The notes beneath the pieces were generated by a model, which was given only the letters and a program-made list of their open reading frames with translations, made no database searches and was not told the DNA's origin. Made by a program: the position numbers and the translations under genes. Positions 1-8,649 of a stretch of DNA of 24,862 nt are shown here, piece after piece. The stretch comes from a virus (lineage: Duplodnaviria > Caudoviricetes). Location: positions 1 through 24,862 of the IMG/VR virus record IMGVR_UViG_3300010358_000326; one strand, 5' to 3'. How positions within the stretch are numbered: position 1 is the stretch's first letter; the number at the start of each line of letters is the position of its first letter.

Positions 1-486
1 TCATTGCACGACGTCGTTTACGACAGCAAAGGGGCCGTGCAATGCCCTTGCCTGCTCGTTGTACCAGAGGGCAGCTTCTTCCTGAGTCTTGTAGGTCGGC
101 GAATAATACAGTCGACGCTCTTTGACGATCTGGCCACGCCAACCCCGTCCGTTCGGAGCGACGCCTTTGTATCGGCTCTTCCGACTCCATCCGGCGCGAT
201 TCATCATGTTCTGCGATTGGCTCGCCGGGCGTAGGTTTTTTCGGCGGTTATCCAACGGATCACGGTTAATATGATCCACGCGACAACCCAAAATCACCCG
301 TGCCATATAGAGACAGCGACCCGCGACCGTCGTCGCGACACGGGCCCCGCCGACGGCATGCCAATGATAGCGCAGTACAAGAGGCAAATCCCGCGCATCG
401 ATGACCGTGTTCACGGTCCGCGCCATGTGGATCAGCGCAAGTCCACCGGGCAGCAGGGTGTACTTGTTCGGGCCGCGCTGAATCAT
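1..486 (-). CDS. HNH endonuclease with C-terminal AP2 DNA-binding domain (free-standing homing endonuclease type), 161 aa
   Basis: HNH motif VDHINRDPLDNRRKNLRPASQSQNMMN followed by AP2-like SRYKGV...WRGQI...YKTQEEAALWYNEQARALHGPFAVVN. ATG at 486 with GGGGAG upstream is preferred over the track's start at 546. Confidence 0.9.
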   Translation of the reverse strand: MIQRGPNKYTLLPGGLALIHMARTVNTVIDARDLPLVLRYHWHAVGGARVATTVAGRCLYMARVILGCRVDHINRDPLDNRRKNLRPASQSQNMMNRAGWSRKSRYKGVAPNGRGWRGQIVKERRLYYSPTYKTQEEAALWYNEQARALHGPFAVVNDVVQ

Positions 487-491
487 AACGG

Positions 492-620
492 TCACTCCCC
501 ATCGTGCCGTTTGTCGGGCGACCGCTCGTGGCGGGTCTGCCACCACGCCCAGAGCCAGAGGCCGCCGCCGGCGATCACGAAGAGCGCGAGGGCGATCAGA
601 GCCCAGTCACCGACTGTCAT
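492..620 (-). CDS. Small single-pass membrane protein, 42 aa (not in ORF track)
   Basis: Manual translation [42 protein letters not shown]. Its ATG overlaps the collagen-gene stop (ATGA) and it fills the gap to the HNH gene. Hydrophobic stretch followed by a charged tail. Confidence 0.75.
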   Translation of the reverse strand: MTVGDWALIALALFVIAGGGLWLWAWWQTRHERSPDKRHDGE

Positions 621-1171
621 GGTCTCGCCTGCGCGCACAGCAGGGTGAGCACGACCTCGAGTGTGCCACCGATGGAGAAGGTGCTGACCACGGTGGCGTT
701 GGAATGCCAGCCGGTCACGGTGGGCCCGGAGTCGAGGAGATGGGTGCGGCCCTCGTCGGCCGCGTTGGCGACGCGGTTGGTGATGCCGCCCGCGATCGGC
801 TGGTCGCCGGGGTCGCAGTCGGCCGCGAGCGTGACGATGGTGCCGGGGGGTGGGCGGTCGAGGACCCCGGTCGTCGCCGTCTTCGTGACGACGGCAAAGG
901 GTGCCCCCGTGGGGCCGGTCGGTCCCGGCGGCCCCGATGCTCCAGGTGGCCCAGGCAGTCCCGCCGGTCCTATGGGTCCGACCGGTCCGACCGGTCCGAG
1001 GAGTCCCGGCGGTCCCGCAGGGCCCGGTGGCCCCACGGCCCCCGCTGGCCCAGCGGGGCCGGGGATACCGGGAATGCCCTTGCAGACGACGTGGCAGGCG
1101 GCGCGACGCGACGGGACCACGGCGCGCGGTGCGGTGGCACTGGCGAGCAGGGTGGCCATCAGAAGGACCAT
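617..1171 (-). CDS. Collagen-like protein, probably exported, with Cys-containing C-terminal domain
   Basis: 20 uninterrupted Gly-X-Y triplets (899-1078). CHVVC precedes the helix and the C-terminal domain has ADCDPG...GW...LLCA. Start is 1171 or the TGATG-coupled ATG at 1159. Confidence 0.8.
   Translation of the reverse strand: MVLLMATLLASATAPRAVVPSRRAACHVVCKGIPGIPGPAGPAGAVGPPGPAGPPGLLGPVGPVGPIGPAGLPGPPGASGPPGPTGPTGAPFAVVTKTATTGVLDRPPPGTIVTLAADCDPGDQPIAGGITNRVANAADEGRTHLLDSGPTVTGWHSNATVVSTFSIGGTLEVVLTLLCAQARP
899..1078 (-). repeat. Collagen (Gly-X-Y)20 coding repeat
   Basis: [60 protein letters not shown]. Confidence 0.95.
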
Positions 1172-2400
1172 CCCACCCCCACGGTCGGGATGACGCCCGC
1201 AGGTCGGATACCGACCGAGCGGTTCAAGGGCACGATGCCATTGGCGAAGACCATTAGCGTCGAGACGAGCCGGGCGCGCATCCCAAAAGAGAAGTTGAAT
1301 TGATCCAAGCGGCCGGACCAGCCGATACCGAGCAGCGGGTCGGAGGCGATGCCCTGCGGCGTCAGCACTAGGACGTCCGTGTCTTCTGGGGCGAAGGCCG
1401 TGGTCAGCTGGGACTGCCCCAAGAACTCCACGATGGCGGCCAGCCGCTTCGGGACGAGAACCGCAGAGGCAGAGAGGCCATAGAGAGCTTGGGACTGCTC
1501 AGGCTTCGAGACGTTGACGTGGATGGCGGCGTGTCCATCGAGTTCGGCCCGCTTCCCGAAAAGGGGCAGAGCGGCGTCCACGCCGGGCGTGAGCCAATAG
1601 GAGCCCGTCCCGTGGATCTGCAACGGGTCGCCGGTCGGGAACTGCGCCTCGAGCGTCGCGGCCATGCGGATGGGAGGAGGGATGGGAAGCCGGTACTTCC
1701 CGCGCACGGTGAGATCGCCGACGCCGGTCGCCGAGACGGCGGGGATGGTGCCGCCGATGGTCGGGGCTCCCTTCACCGGATGGAACGTACCGCCGGATGG
1801 TGACGTCGCCTGGACGACATGGGCGCGGACCGCCATGTCGAGCGAGGTCGAGACGATGGGCAGGACGACGGAGGCGTCGAAGCTGTCGCTGAAGCCGTGG
1901 GAGACGGCAATGGCCGTAGCCCAGACGTGGAGATCGAGCGCGTAGGTGAGCCGGAGGCCGACGGCGGCGGGGTTAGATGGGTTGCCAGTCGGTGTCCGTT
2001 TGACGAAGAGCGGCGGAGCGAGGGCCCCGAGCTCATTGAATGGCTGACTGAAGAGTGAGCCCTGCGCAAAGGACCGCTGGGTCACGATGTTCAGGTTGGT
2101 CGTGCCGGCGCCGAGTGTGGCGGCATGGTCGAGAAACATCGGCCCAAGTCCTTCCATCGTGCTGTCGATGGGGGCGGTTCCTGCGAGCGCCGCGCTGGAG
2201 GGCGAGGTCAACGACGGCGCGGTGGCGAGCGTCGAGAAGTGGGTCGCGAAGGCGTGGAATGCCGGGGCCGGTCGCAGGCCGACGCGTTCCTGGGCATCAC
2301 CGAGGACCCCTTGGATCATACGGGCGTCGGCGGTCGCCGCGAGCATCAGCAGCCCCGCAGCGACAAGACGGCGATGCTCATTGGCCTTGGGCGATGTCAC
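1159..2400 (-). CDS. Outer-membrane beta-barrel, COG4313 / Phenol_MetA_deg (PF13557)-like 'transporter'
   Basis: Signal peptide [18 protein letters not shown]|RM. Family-like motif [13 protein letters not shown]...LEAQFPTGD...GTG. Alternating amphipathic strands and a C-terminal beta-signal GVGWSF. Start uncertain: GTG 2400, or ATG 2381 if one A is missing. Confidence 0.75.
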   Translation of the reverse strand: MTSPKANEHRRLVAAGLLMLAATADARMIQGVLGDAQERVGLRPAPAFHAFATHFSTLATAPSLTSPSSAALAGTAPIDSTMEGLGPMFLDHAATLGAGTTNLNIVTQRSFAQGSLFSQPFNELGALAPPLFVKRTPTGNPSNPAAVGLRLTYALDLHVWATAIAVSHGFSDSFDASVVLPIVSTSLDMAVRAHVVQATSPSGGTFHPVKGAPTIGGTIPAVSATGVGDLTVRGKYRLPIPPPIRMAATLEAQFPTGDPLQIHGTGSYWLTPGVDAALPLFGKRAELDGHAAIHVNVSKPEQSQALYGLSASAVLVPKRLAAIVEFLGQSQLTTAFAPEDTDVLVLTPQGIASDPLLGIGWSGRLDQFNFSFGMRARLVSTLMVFANGIVPLNRSVGIRPAGVIPTVGVGWSF

Positions 2401-4093
2401 GAACGAGGGGACCGCCGGCCACGGCGAGCCCCGTCCGCGCAACGGTAGGGGCGCCCCCGCGAACGGCTGCCGCCGCGAGCGTCGGATGGGCGGCGAGTGT
2501 GCTCAAGCCGAGTGCGCCGAGACCGCCGAGCCAATCACCATGGTAGAACCGTCGAGCGGCATCGCCAATGCCCACGGCATGGACGCCACGCTGTGCCCAC
2601 TGCTGCCACCGCTCCATCTCAGCAGGCGGTTCGACCAGATAGCGTTGCGTCGATTCCTTCGGGGTCATCTCCTCGAACGCCTTCGCAGCAACGCCGTCTG
2701 GATCGACGATCTTCCGGATGGGATCCTTGACCGTCTGCCAGAGCTTCCACGCCCGTTGGGGATCGTGCTGTGCCTGCTCGAAGAGATTCGAGTAGAAGCC
2801 TCCGACGACCTTGTCCCATGCTTCCGGGTCGTGGGCCTGGAGGAGGCGCTGCGCGATCTGAAGCCGTTGCGGATCCCCCTTGCTCCCGGCGATCCGCTGG
2901 AAGGCTTTGACGGGAGACTCCGCCGTCTTCACCTTGGTCGCGAGATCCTTTGCCGGTCGGATCTCCAGTCGCCAGCGCTGGTTGGCTGTCTCAAGTGCAT
3001 CGGCGGCCGGCGTTCCCTCCAATAATCCCTTCTTCGCATCGGCGATGGCGGCCCGTACAGATGACGGCCCGCGAATCTTCTGGAGCCCCTTCTCGGCATC
3101 GTCGAGTTCCTTCCAAGTGACCGTCTGCGCAGGCGCTCCAGAGGGTCGCACGACTGGCTGTCCCGTCGCGGGATCGATGATCGCGGTCGTCTCCGGAGCG
3201 GGTTCCTTGAGCTTGTCGAGGAGTTTCGTGACTTGCTTGTGCTCGGCCGAGCCGGCGAGCTGGCCCCATTCATCCTCGGCCTGCTGCAGCCGATTCCGGA
3301 GGGTCTGGCCGACCGCGTTCTCCCGCGTCGCATTCAGTCCCTTATTGTCGGCGAACTTGGCGATCCGGTCATACGTCGCTTCTTGAAAAGCCGCCCGCTC
3401 CGTCGCTTCGGCGGCGGGCAGGGCCGTGCGCGCTGCGGCCCCGGCCTCGCCTGCTGGCGTCGTCGCCAAGCCCTGCGCCCGTTCAAACGCTTGTGCCGAC
3501 GTCCCCGCCTCACTGACCCCAGCCGCGACGTTCGAGACGCCTTGGGCAGCCCGTTGCGCGGCGGGTGCTGCGGCGGCGGCGCGGGCGGCCGCAGTCGCAT
3601 CCGAGGCCGCTTTGACGCCACCGCCGAGGAGCATGGTACCAGTCTCTAACGCTTCGGCGGCCGGCTCGCTGACACCAGCGGCCCGTGCCCCGGTGCCGAC
3701 CGCAAGACCCGTGGCAGTCAGCGCTGGTGCGAGACCAGTGCCGGCGAGCAGCGCGACATCCAGCGCCGCTTGCTTTTTACTGACCTCCGGCATCGGGGCA
3801 CCCGGGCCCTCCGTGCCGAGTTCTTCCCCGAAGCCGGTTATCCTGCCAAGAGCCCCCGCGTAAGTCTCGGCGCGCTTCCGGACGTACTCGCCGGCCCGCC
3901 CGTACCACGTCGAGCCTTGATCGGTCTCGAAGGCTTGGCCAGCTTGCGGCGCGGTCTCAATGTCGTGCGGTGGTGTCGGCGGCGTGCCACCCGACAGATG
4001 CGTGCCGATCTCGTCTAGGTCCTTCTGCGTCGCCCCCTCACCGACCTCGACGGGTTGCCATTTCCCGTTGACGAAGAGCTCGACGGTGGGCAT
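2378..4093 (-). CDS. Putative large ejection (internal virion / DNA transfer) protein, 571 aa
   Basis: Last of four coupled Ala/Gly/Gln-rich genes after the tail module. Helical character with hydrophobic patches (LDVALLAGTGLAPALTATGLAVG; WLGGLGALGLSTLAA). TAG-ATG adjacency with the upstream gene. Confidence 0.6.
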   Translation of the reverse strand: MPTVELFVNGKWQPVEVGEGATQKDLDEIGTHLSGGTPPTPPHDIETAPQAGQAFETDQGSTWYGRAGEYVRKRAETYAGALGRITGFGEELGTEGPGAPMPEVSKKQAALDVALLAGTGLAPALTATGLAVGTGARAAGVSEPAAEALETGTMLLGGGVKAASDATAAARAAAAAPAAQRAAQGVSNVAAGVSEAGTSAQAFERAQGLATTPAGEAGAAARTALPAAEATERAAFQEATYDRIAKFADNKGLNATRENAVGQTLRNRLQQAEDEWGQLAGSAEHKQVTKLLDKLKEPAPETTAIIDPATGQPVVRPSGAPAQTVTWKELDDAEKGLQKIRGPSSVRAAIADAKKGLLEGTPAADALETANQRWRLEIRPAKDLATKVKTAESPVKAFQRIAGSKGDPQRLQIAQRLLQAHDPEAWDKVVGGFYSNLFEQAQHDPQRAWKLWQTVKDPIRKIVDPDGVAAKAFEEMTPKESTQRYLVEPPAEMERWQQWAQRGVHAVGIGDAARRFYHGDWLGGLGALGLSTLAAHPTLAAAAVRGGAPTVARTGLAVAGGPLVRDIAQGQ

Positions 4094-5989
4094 CTACTGC
4101 CCGCCGGCCCCTGCCTGCCCCCGAGTCAGCCCGGACGCCTCGAGTTCCAGCTGCCGGTTGCGGATGTACGTCTGCCGCGCTTGCTGGAGCTTGTCACGCA
4201 GCAGTTCGGGACTGTCGGACGCATTCGGGAGATGCTCCTGGATCTGCGCCCAGATCTTCTCGTTCCGAGAGCCGTGCAGCAGCGGCCCGACCGCCTGCGC
4301 GCGGAGATAGGCGAGCGCGGCGAGCAGTTTATTGACCTTCCCCGGTCCCCCGATGCCGGTCCAATAGAGTCCCTTCGACACCTGTCCCATCCCCGGCCCG
4401 ATCCACTTCTGGACCTCAGGATCGTCAAGCAGTTTCTCGATGTCGTTCATCTTGGCGATGCTCTCGTCAATCGTCGTGACCTGTTTCTGGATCTCGGCCG
4501 GGATCGGCTTGGCGGCCGTCTGTTCGCGCAGTTTCTGGCGCCGCAATTTCTCGGACGGCGTGATGCCTGGCTCGTTGGGATCGCTGGGATCATGCGCTGC
4601 GGGCGGTGTCCCACCGGAAGGCGTGACAACGCGATAAGGAATCCCGCCACTGGTCTTCCCACTGGCCGGCAGTCCGGGCGACGGTGTCTCCCCAGTGGGG
4701 GCTGGTGATGGGGCCGCAGGCTCCGGCTGTCCGGCGCTTGGTGCCGGTGCCGCAGACGGCTGTCCACCGCGACCTGGTTGGAATCCTTCGCGGGGCGCCA
4801 TCTCCTGCACGAGTGCGCGTCGCTGTGTATCGGTCAAGTCACCAATGCGCGTATTCGGGGCGATGCCGAGCTTCCGCTCCATCGCGGGAAGGTCGTACCC
4901 CAGCGGCCGGCCGTTCTGGTCGAAGGTCGGCGCGGTCGTGCCCGTCGTCCAGCGCCGCATCGCTCCTTCGAATGGTAAATTGCGGTAGCCCGGTGCTTGC
5001 AGCAGCCGCTCCATCGCCGCAAACCCAGATTCCGGCGAGTCGAACTTCAAGAATGTATGCGATCCAATCGTCTCTTCTCCCACAACGCCCGGAAAGCGCC
5101 GGGTCGAGGGGGACGCGTTGATGTTCCCGGGATTGTTGAGACGGGTCGCCACCGTAGTCGGTGGGCCGCCCGTGGTCCGGACGGTCGTCGTCGATGCCGG
5201 CGGGGTGCCCGGCGGGGCCGGCGGGCCGCCGCTGGGTGGCCCGGGGGACGGGCCGCCACTTCCTGACTTCGTCCCGGTCGGGACGAGATTGAACCGATTC
5301 GGCACGCCGGGTGCCGGGACGTAGTCATACCCGGCGTCTTGTGCCGCCGCCCGCTGCTCCGGCGTCGGTGGCGGATAGGTCTGGCGGACATCGAGCCCGC
5401 CCGCTGCGATCCTATTCCGATCCCGGGCCAGATCTTCCATGGTGTCGCGATGATGCCGCAGATACTCCGCGTTTTGCATCTGGAGCTGCAGCTGCAGCAT
5501 GCGGATCTGCTGCCCGATGTTGCCGTTCGCGAGCGAGACGTCCTTGCCGACCATCTCGAGCGCGTCCTTCGTATCCTGCGCGTGCTGCTTGGCATTCCCG
5601 CGATCGATGGCGGCGTTGTACGCCATGCGATAATCGTGGTCCCACATGCCAGCGCCGCCTAACGTCAGGATGTTCGCGAGCAGACCCGGCTTCGTGGACT
5701 CGTCGAGATGGGGGCGATAGGCGTCCGCATTCGCCTGCTTCATCAGCTCGCGGTACTGGTTGAATCGGGCGGTAATATCGAGCCCGCCGCCTTCGTCGCC
5801 TTGTGCGGCCTGCTGGACGTCACCCAAGGTCGGTGCGGGGCCGGCTTGTGGTTGCGGCACGGTCGGCGGCTGCGGCGTCGGGCCAGCGCCGGTCGGTGCC
5901 GGGGTCTGATCAGGCGGCGAGGGTGCCGGTCCTTGCGTCGGATCGGGAAAGACGTACCCGCCAGCCCACGGGCCCGGTGCGCCAGCCAT
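4094..5989 (-). CDS. Putative ejection protein with embedded lysozyme-like (NNPGNI) domain, 631 aa
   Basis: TRLNNPGNI...FLKFDSPESGFAAMERLL...Y...RRW...E motif at about 4780-5150 between Pro/Gly-rich linkers. Lies within the ejection cluster. Confidence 0.65.
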   Translation of the reverse strand: MAGAPGPWAGGYVFPDPTQGPAPSPPDQTPAPTGAGPTPQPPTVPQPQAGPAPTLGDVQQAAQGDEGGGLDITARFNQYRELMKQANADAYRPHLDESTKPGLLANILTLGGAGMWDHDYRMAYNAAIDRGNAKQHAQDTKDALEMVGKDVSLANGNIGQQIRMLQLQLQMQNAEYLRHHRDTMEDLARDRNRIAAGGLDVRQTYPPPTPEQRAAAQDAGYDYVPAPGVPNRFNLVPTGTKSGSGGPSPGPPSGGPPAPPGTPPASTTTVRTTGGPPTTVATRLNNPGNINASPSTRRFPGVVGEETIGSHTFLKFDSPESGFAAMERLLQAPGYRNLPFEGAMRRWTTGTTAPTFDQNGRPLGYDLPAMERKLGIAPNTRIGDLTDTQRRALVQEMAPREGFQPGRGGQPSAAPAPSAGQPEPAAPSPAPTGETPSPGLPASGKTSGGIPYRVVTPSGGTPPAAHDPSDPNEPGITPSEKLRRQKLREQTAAKPIPAEIQKQVTTIDESIAKMNDIEKLLDDPEVQKWIGPGMGQVSKGLYWTGIGGPGKVNKLLAALAYLRAQAVGPLLHGSRNEKIWAQIQEHLPNASDSPELLRDKLQQARQTYIRNRQLELEASGLTRGQAGAGGQ

Positions 5990-7105
5990 CTAGCCCCCGC
6001 CCGCTTTCGTGCCGGCACTTGAGGCGGCTTCGGAGGCGCCCATCATGCCCGCGCCGATATTCGCCCAGCGGTTGCCGGACTGGCCCATCATCTCGCCCAT
6101 GTATTGCCCCTGCGTCGGATAGGTCGATGCCTGGAACTGCGCCATCCGATCCTGCTGATACGGCTGTTGTGCAGCGACGGCTTCGCGGGCCTGTCCGGCC
6201 ATCGCGCCACCGTATTGGCCCATCATCGTCGGCACTTGGGACGTGAGCCCCATCAGCGCCGCTTGATTGCCATAATACTGGCCCTGTCCACTCAACGCGC
6301 CTTGGCCGAGTCCCATCGTCGTGTTGTAAATGTCGTTCGCGAACTGTCCGAACCGCTGCCCCAAGACATCGGCTTGGCCGAATTGCTGGCCGCGCTGGCC
6401 ACCATAGATATTGGCGAACCCGCCGGCCTGCCCAGCAAGGTTCTGCTGCGCTTGCTGGAGCGCGTCTTGGATTTGCAGCTGGCGCTGGAACCGCGCTGAC
6501 CCAAACGCCGTCTGCTTCTCCTGATTGAACTGATTGAGCGCGTTGATCCCCGCCGAGCTCGTCGCGTAGTCCGGCCCGAGCTGCTTCCGGAGCGTGTCGT
6601 GGAGTTGCTGCTCGGACTGGTTGTACTGCTGCGTCATGTACGGATCGAAGCCGGTATCCCTGCCGGCTTGGATATCTGCGAGCTGCCCTTGCAGGTTGGC
6701 GATCAGGGGGAGATTCGGATTCATCACCTGGCCGTAGGCCCCGAGCGTTCCACCCGCCTGGCCACCCATCTGCGTGGTCAAGCCTTGCTCCTGTGGCGCG
6801 CCTTGCATGAACCGCCCGAACTGCTGGCCACCCATGCCGCCGTACAAGCCGGCCCAATCCTGCTGGCCACCGAGGTTGCCGGCGACATTCGGCATGTTGC
6901 CGTAGGCCGTCCCCGCCATCACGTCGAGATACGGCTGTGTCAGCTGCGACTGGACACTCGGCGTGAAGCCAACGTTGTACGCGCCGGCCCCGGCACCAGG
7001 TGCATACTGCGGCAGGGGTGGGGCCGGGACCGGCGGCTGCGGCGTCCGGCCTTTCTTGCCTCCCGCTCGAGCCGGTGGCTGCGGCGTCTTCCCTTTCTTC
7101 GCCAT
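5990..7105 (-). CDS. Putative ejection / DNA transfer protein, Gln/Gly-rich, 371 aa
   Basis: Q/G-rich helical composition, central LRKQLGPDYATSSAGINALNQF segment, TGATG coupling to the upstream gene, podovirus gene order. Confidence 0.6.
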   Translation of the reverse strand: MAKKGKTPQPPARAGGKKGRTPQPPVPAPPLPQYAPGAGAGAYNVGFTPSVQSQLTQPYLDVMAGTAYGNMPNVAGNLGGQQDWAGLYGGMGGQQFGRFMQGAPQEQGLTTQMGGQAGGTLGAYGQVMNPNLPLIANLQGQLADIQAGRDTGFDPYMTQQYNQSEQQLHDTLRKQLGPDYATSSAGINALNQFNQEKQTAFGSARFQRQLQIQDALQQAQQNLAGQAGGFANIYGGQRGQQFGQADVLGQRFGQFANDIYNTTMGLGQGALSGQGQYYGNQAALMGLTSQVPTMMGQYGGAMAGQAREAVAAQQPYQQDRMAQFQASTYPTQGQYMGEMMGQSGNRWANIGAGMMGASEAASSAGTKAGGG

Positions 7106-7884
7106 CAGGCTCCTGAGGTTGGCGGCGAGATGGGCGACGAGACGGGCGGTGCGTTGAGGGCGTTACTGTAGTCGGAGAGGAAGGATCCGCCCGCGGCGAG
7201 ACTCGGCGGGGTCGCCCCGGCGCTCGCCTGCTGGCCGTCGATCCAGCCCTTGATCTGCGCCAAGGTGGCTTGCGAGCCCGGCGAGAGATCACTCGCCACC
7301 GGCCCCGGCTGCTGCGCCGTTCCGGACACCGTGTAGAGCGGCGGCGTCGTGCCGGCCTTGTAGATGTCCCGCTCGGCCTGCACGGCGGTCGGGGCACCCT
7401 TCTGCGCCTTCTTGAGGCCCTTTAGCTGCAGGCGGACGCCGCGCTTCTCCGGGCCCTTCGGCATCGCCTTCAACTGCGCCTGCAGGTTCTGGATCTGCTG
7501 ATTGCGCCCGACCGTGTTCTGGTAGTTGGCAAGCGCCGTCTGGTAATCCATCATCGGCGTCCCGCCAGCCCCAGCGCCACCAGCCGCCGCACCACCAGCT
7601 GCCGCCCCACCGGCCCCGCCTGCTGCCGCCGGCGTGACCGACATGCCTGGCACCATGCCGAGCATGAGCGGCGAGAGCTGGTTGAAGAGCTGGGTCCCGG
7701 CGAGCGATTCGAGACCACCACCGATCAGCTGGCCTTGCGCGAGACTCCGGAGCCGTTGCTCCTGGCCGCCCGGCTGCGGGACGGAGGGGCGCTTGTACTT
7801 GGTCGAGGCCATGATATCCCCGATGCCGCCGAGGATACCACCCATGATACCTAGACCGATACCTGTACCACCCGCACCGGCCAT
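7105..7884 (-). CDS. Putative small ejection (pilot) protein, 259 aa
   Basis: Gly-rich hydrophobic N-terminus MAGAGGTGIGLGIMGGILGGIGDIMAS, typical of the first ejection protein. GGAGG upstream. Confidence 0.6.
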   Translation of the reverse strand: MAGAGGTGIGLGIMGGILGGIGDIMASTKYKRPSVPQPGGQEQRLRSLAQGQLIGGGLESLAGTQLFNQLSPLMLGMVPGMSVTPAAAGGAGGAAAGGAAAGGAGAGGTPMMDYQTALANYQNTVGRNQQIQNLQAQLKAMPKGPEKRGVRLQLKGLKKAQKGAPTAVQAERDIYKAGTTPPLYTVSGTAQQPGPVASDLSPGSQATLAQIKGWIDGQQASAGATPPSLAAGGSFLSDYSNALNAPPVSSPISPPTSGA

Positions 7885-7934
7885 TTATGCCTGCCTCCAG
7901 TCGGGCGTACTAAGGAGCCGAGATAGGCGTCGCA

Positions 7935-8216
7935 TCAGAGCCCTCCCGGCATGGGCAGCGGTGCCTGCGGCACAGCCCGCGGTGCCTCGGCGACCGGCGG
8001 GGGATGCTCGGCCTGCAACGCCCGCAGCAGATGGTTCAAGGTATCGGCCCGCCGTTGTGCATAGGCCGCCTGCTGGGAGAGCACGTGGTGCACGAGGCTA
8101 TAGCCGTCTCCACTCAGCAGTACATCCAGGAGGAGCGTCTTGCGCTCCTCTGTTGTAGCCGATTGCAGATACTCGACCACGACCGTCTGAACGGCCAGCT
8201 TCTCGTCGGGACTCAT
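7935..8216 (-). CDS. Hypothetical protein, 93 aa
   Basis: Strong RBS (GAGGGGAGG) just before the ATG. Helical core with a Pro-rich tail. Fits the operon packing. Confidence 0.75.
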   Translation of the reverse strand: MSPDEKLAVQTVVVEYLQSATTEERKTLLLDVLLSGDGYSLVHHVLSQQAAYAQRRADTLNHLLRALQAEHPPPVAEAPRAVPQAPLPMPGGL

Positions 8217-8237
8217 GCCTCCCCTCTATGCCTCTCG

Positions 8238-8359
8238 TCAGTAGCGACCGACGCTCAAGGGCTTCTTCACCTTCGGATGGAAACTCGAAAGCGTCTGGGC
8301 GAGCCGGGCCCATAGGCAGCTCGCGGTCGCGCATCCGGTCCCCGTCTCCACTTCGCCAT
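8238..8359 (-). pseudogene. Possibly disrupted small basic protein gene (MAKW ... ARLAQTLSSFHPKVKKPLSVGRY*)
   Basis: ATG at 8359 directly follows the upstream stop with GGAGG nearby, but the protein-like C-terminus is in a different frame (span 122 nt, not a multiple of 3). Confidence 0.35.
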
Positions 8360-8638
8360 TCAGTACCGCCCTCCAATCCCCGGCGGCTTCACCACCGGGG
8401 AGAAGCTGCCGACGCCTGTATTCGGGAGCCCGAACTTCTTCGGCTTCCGGCGCTTGAACCCCATGGCCCCGCCGGGCGGCTTGCTGGTGGCCTTCAGGCC
8501 GGGATTCGGCTTGTTCGGCTTCGTCGCGAACTCCTTGAGCTTCCCCTCGCCGAGCCCCGTGACGGTCGACTTCCCGGCGCGTGCCCGACCAAGTTCGGCC
8601 CCGAAAAACTTCCGTTGACGTTCACTGACGGCAGGAAT
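8360..8638 (-). CDS. Small Lys-rich basic protein (DUF3008-like N-terminus), 92 aa, apparent ATT start; not in ORF track
   Basis: TAAGGAGGT-GTCCC-ATT CCT GCC GTC..., translating to (M)PAVSERQRKFFGAELGRARAGKSTVTGLGEGKLKEFATKPNKP...GIGGRY*. No in-frame ATG/GTG/TTG between the upstream in-frame stop and this codon. Confidence 0.75.
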   Translation of the reverse strand: MPAVSERQRKFFGAELGRARAGKSTVTGLGEGKLKEFATKPNKPNPGLKATSKPPGGAMGFKRRKPKKFGLPNTGVGSFSPVVKPPGIGGRY

Positions 8639-8649
8639 GGGACACCTCC

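Noticed and set aside
899-1078. Collagen-coding repeats as a CRISPR array or satellite
   Set aside because: 9-nt periodicity from Gly-X-Y codons, with no repeat-spacer structure.
1090-1171. Lipoprotein signal in the collagen-like protein
   Set aside because: The Cys context is RRAAC, well separated from the hydrophobic stretch, so it does not fit a lipobox.
5910-7397. 495-aa minus-strand alternative-frame ORF
   Set aside because: Arg-rich off-frame read of two coupled ejection genes.
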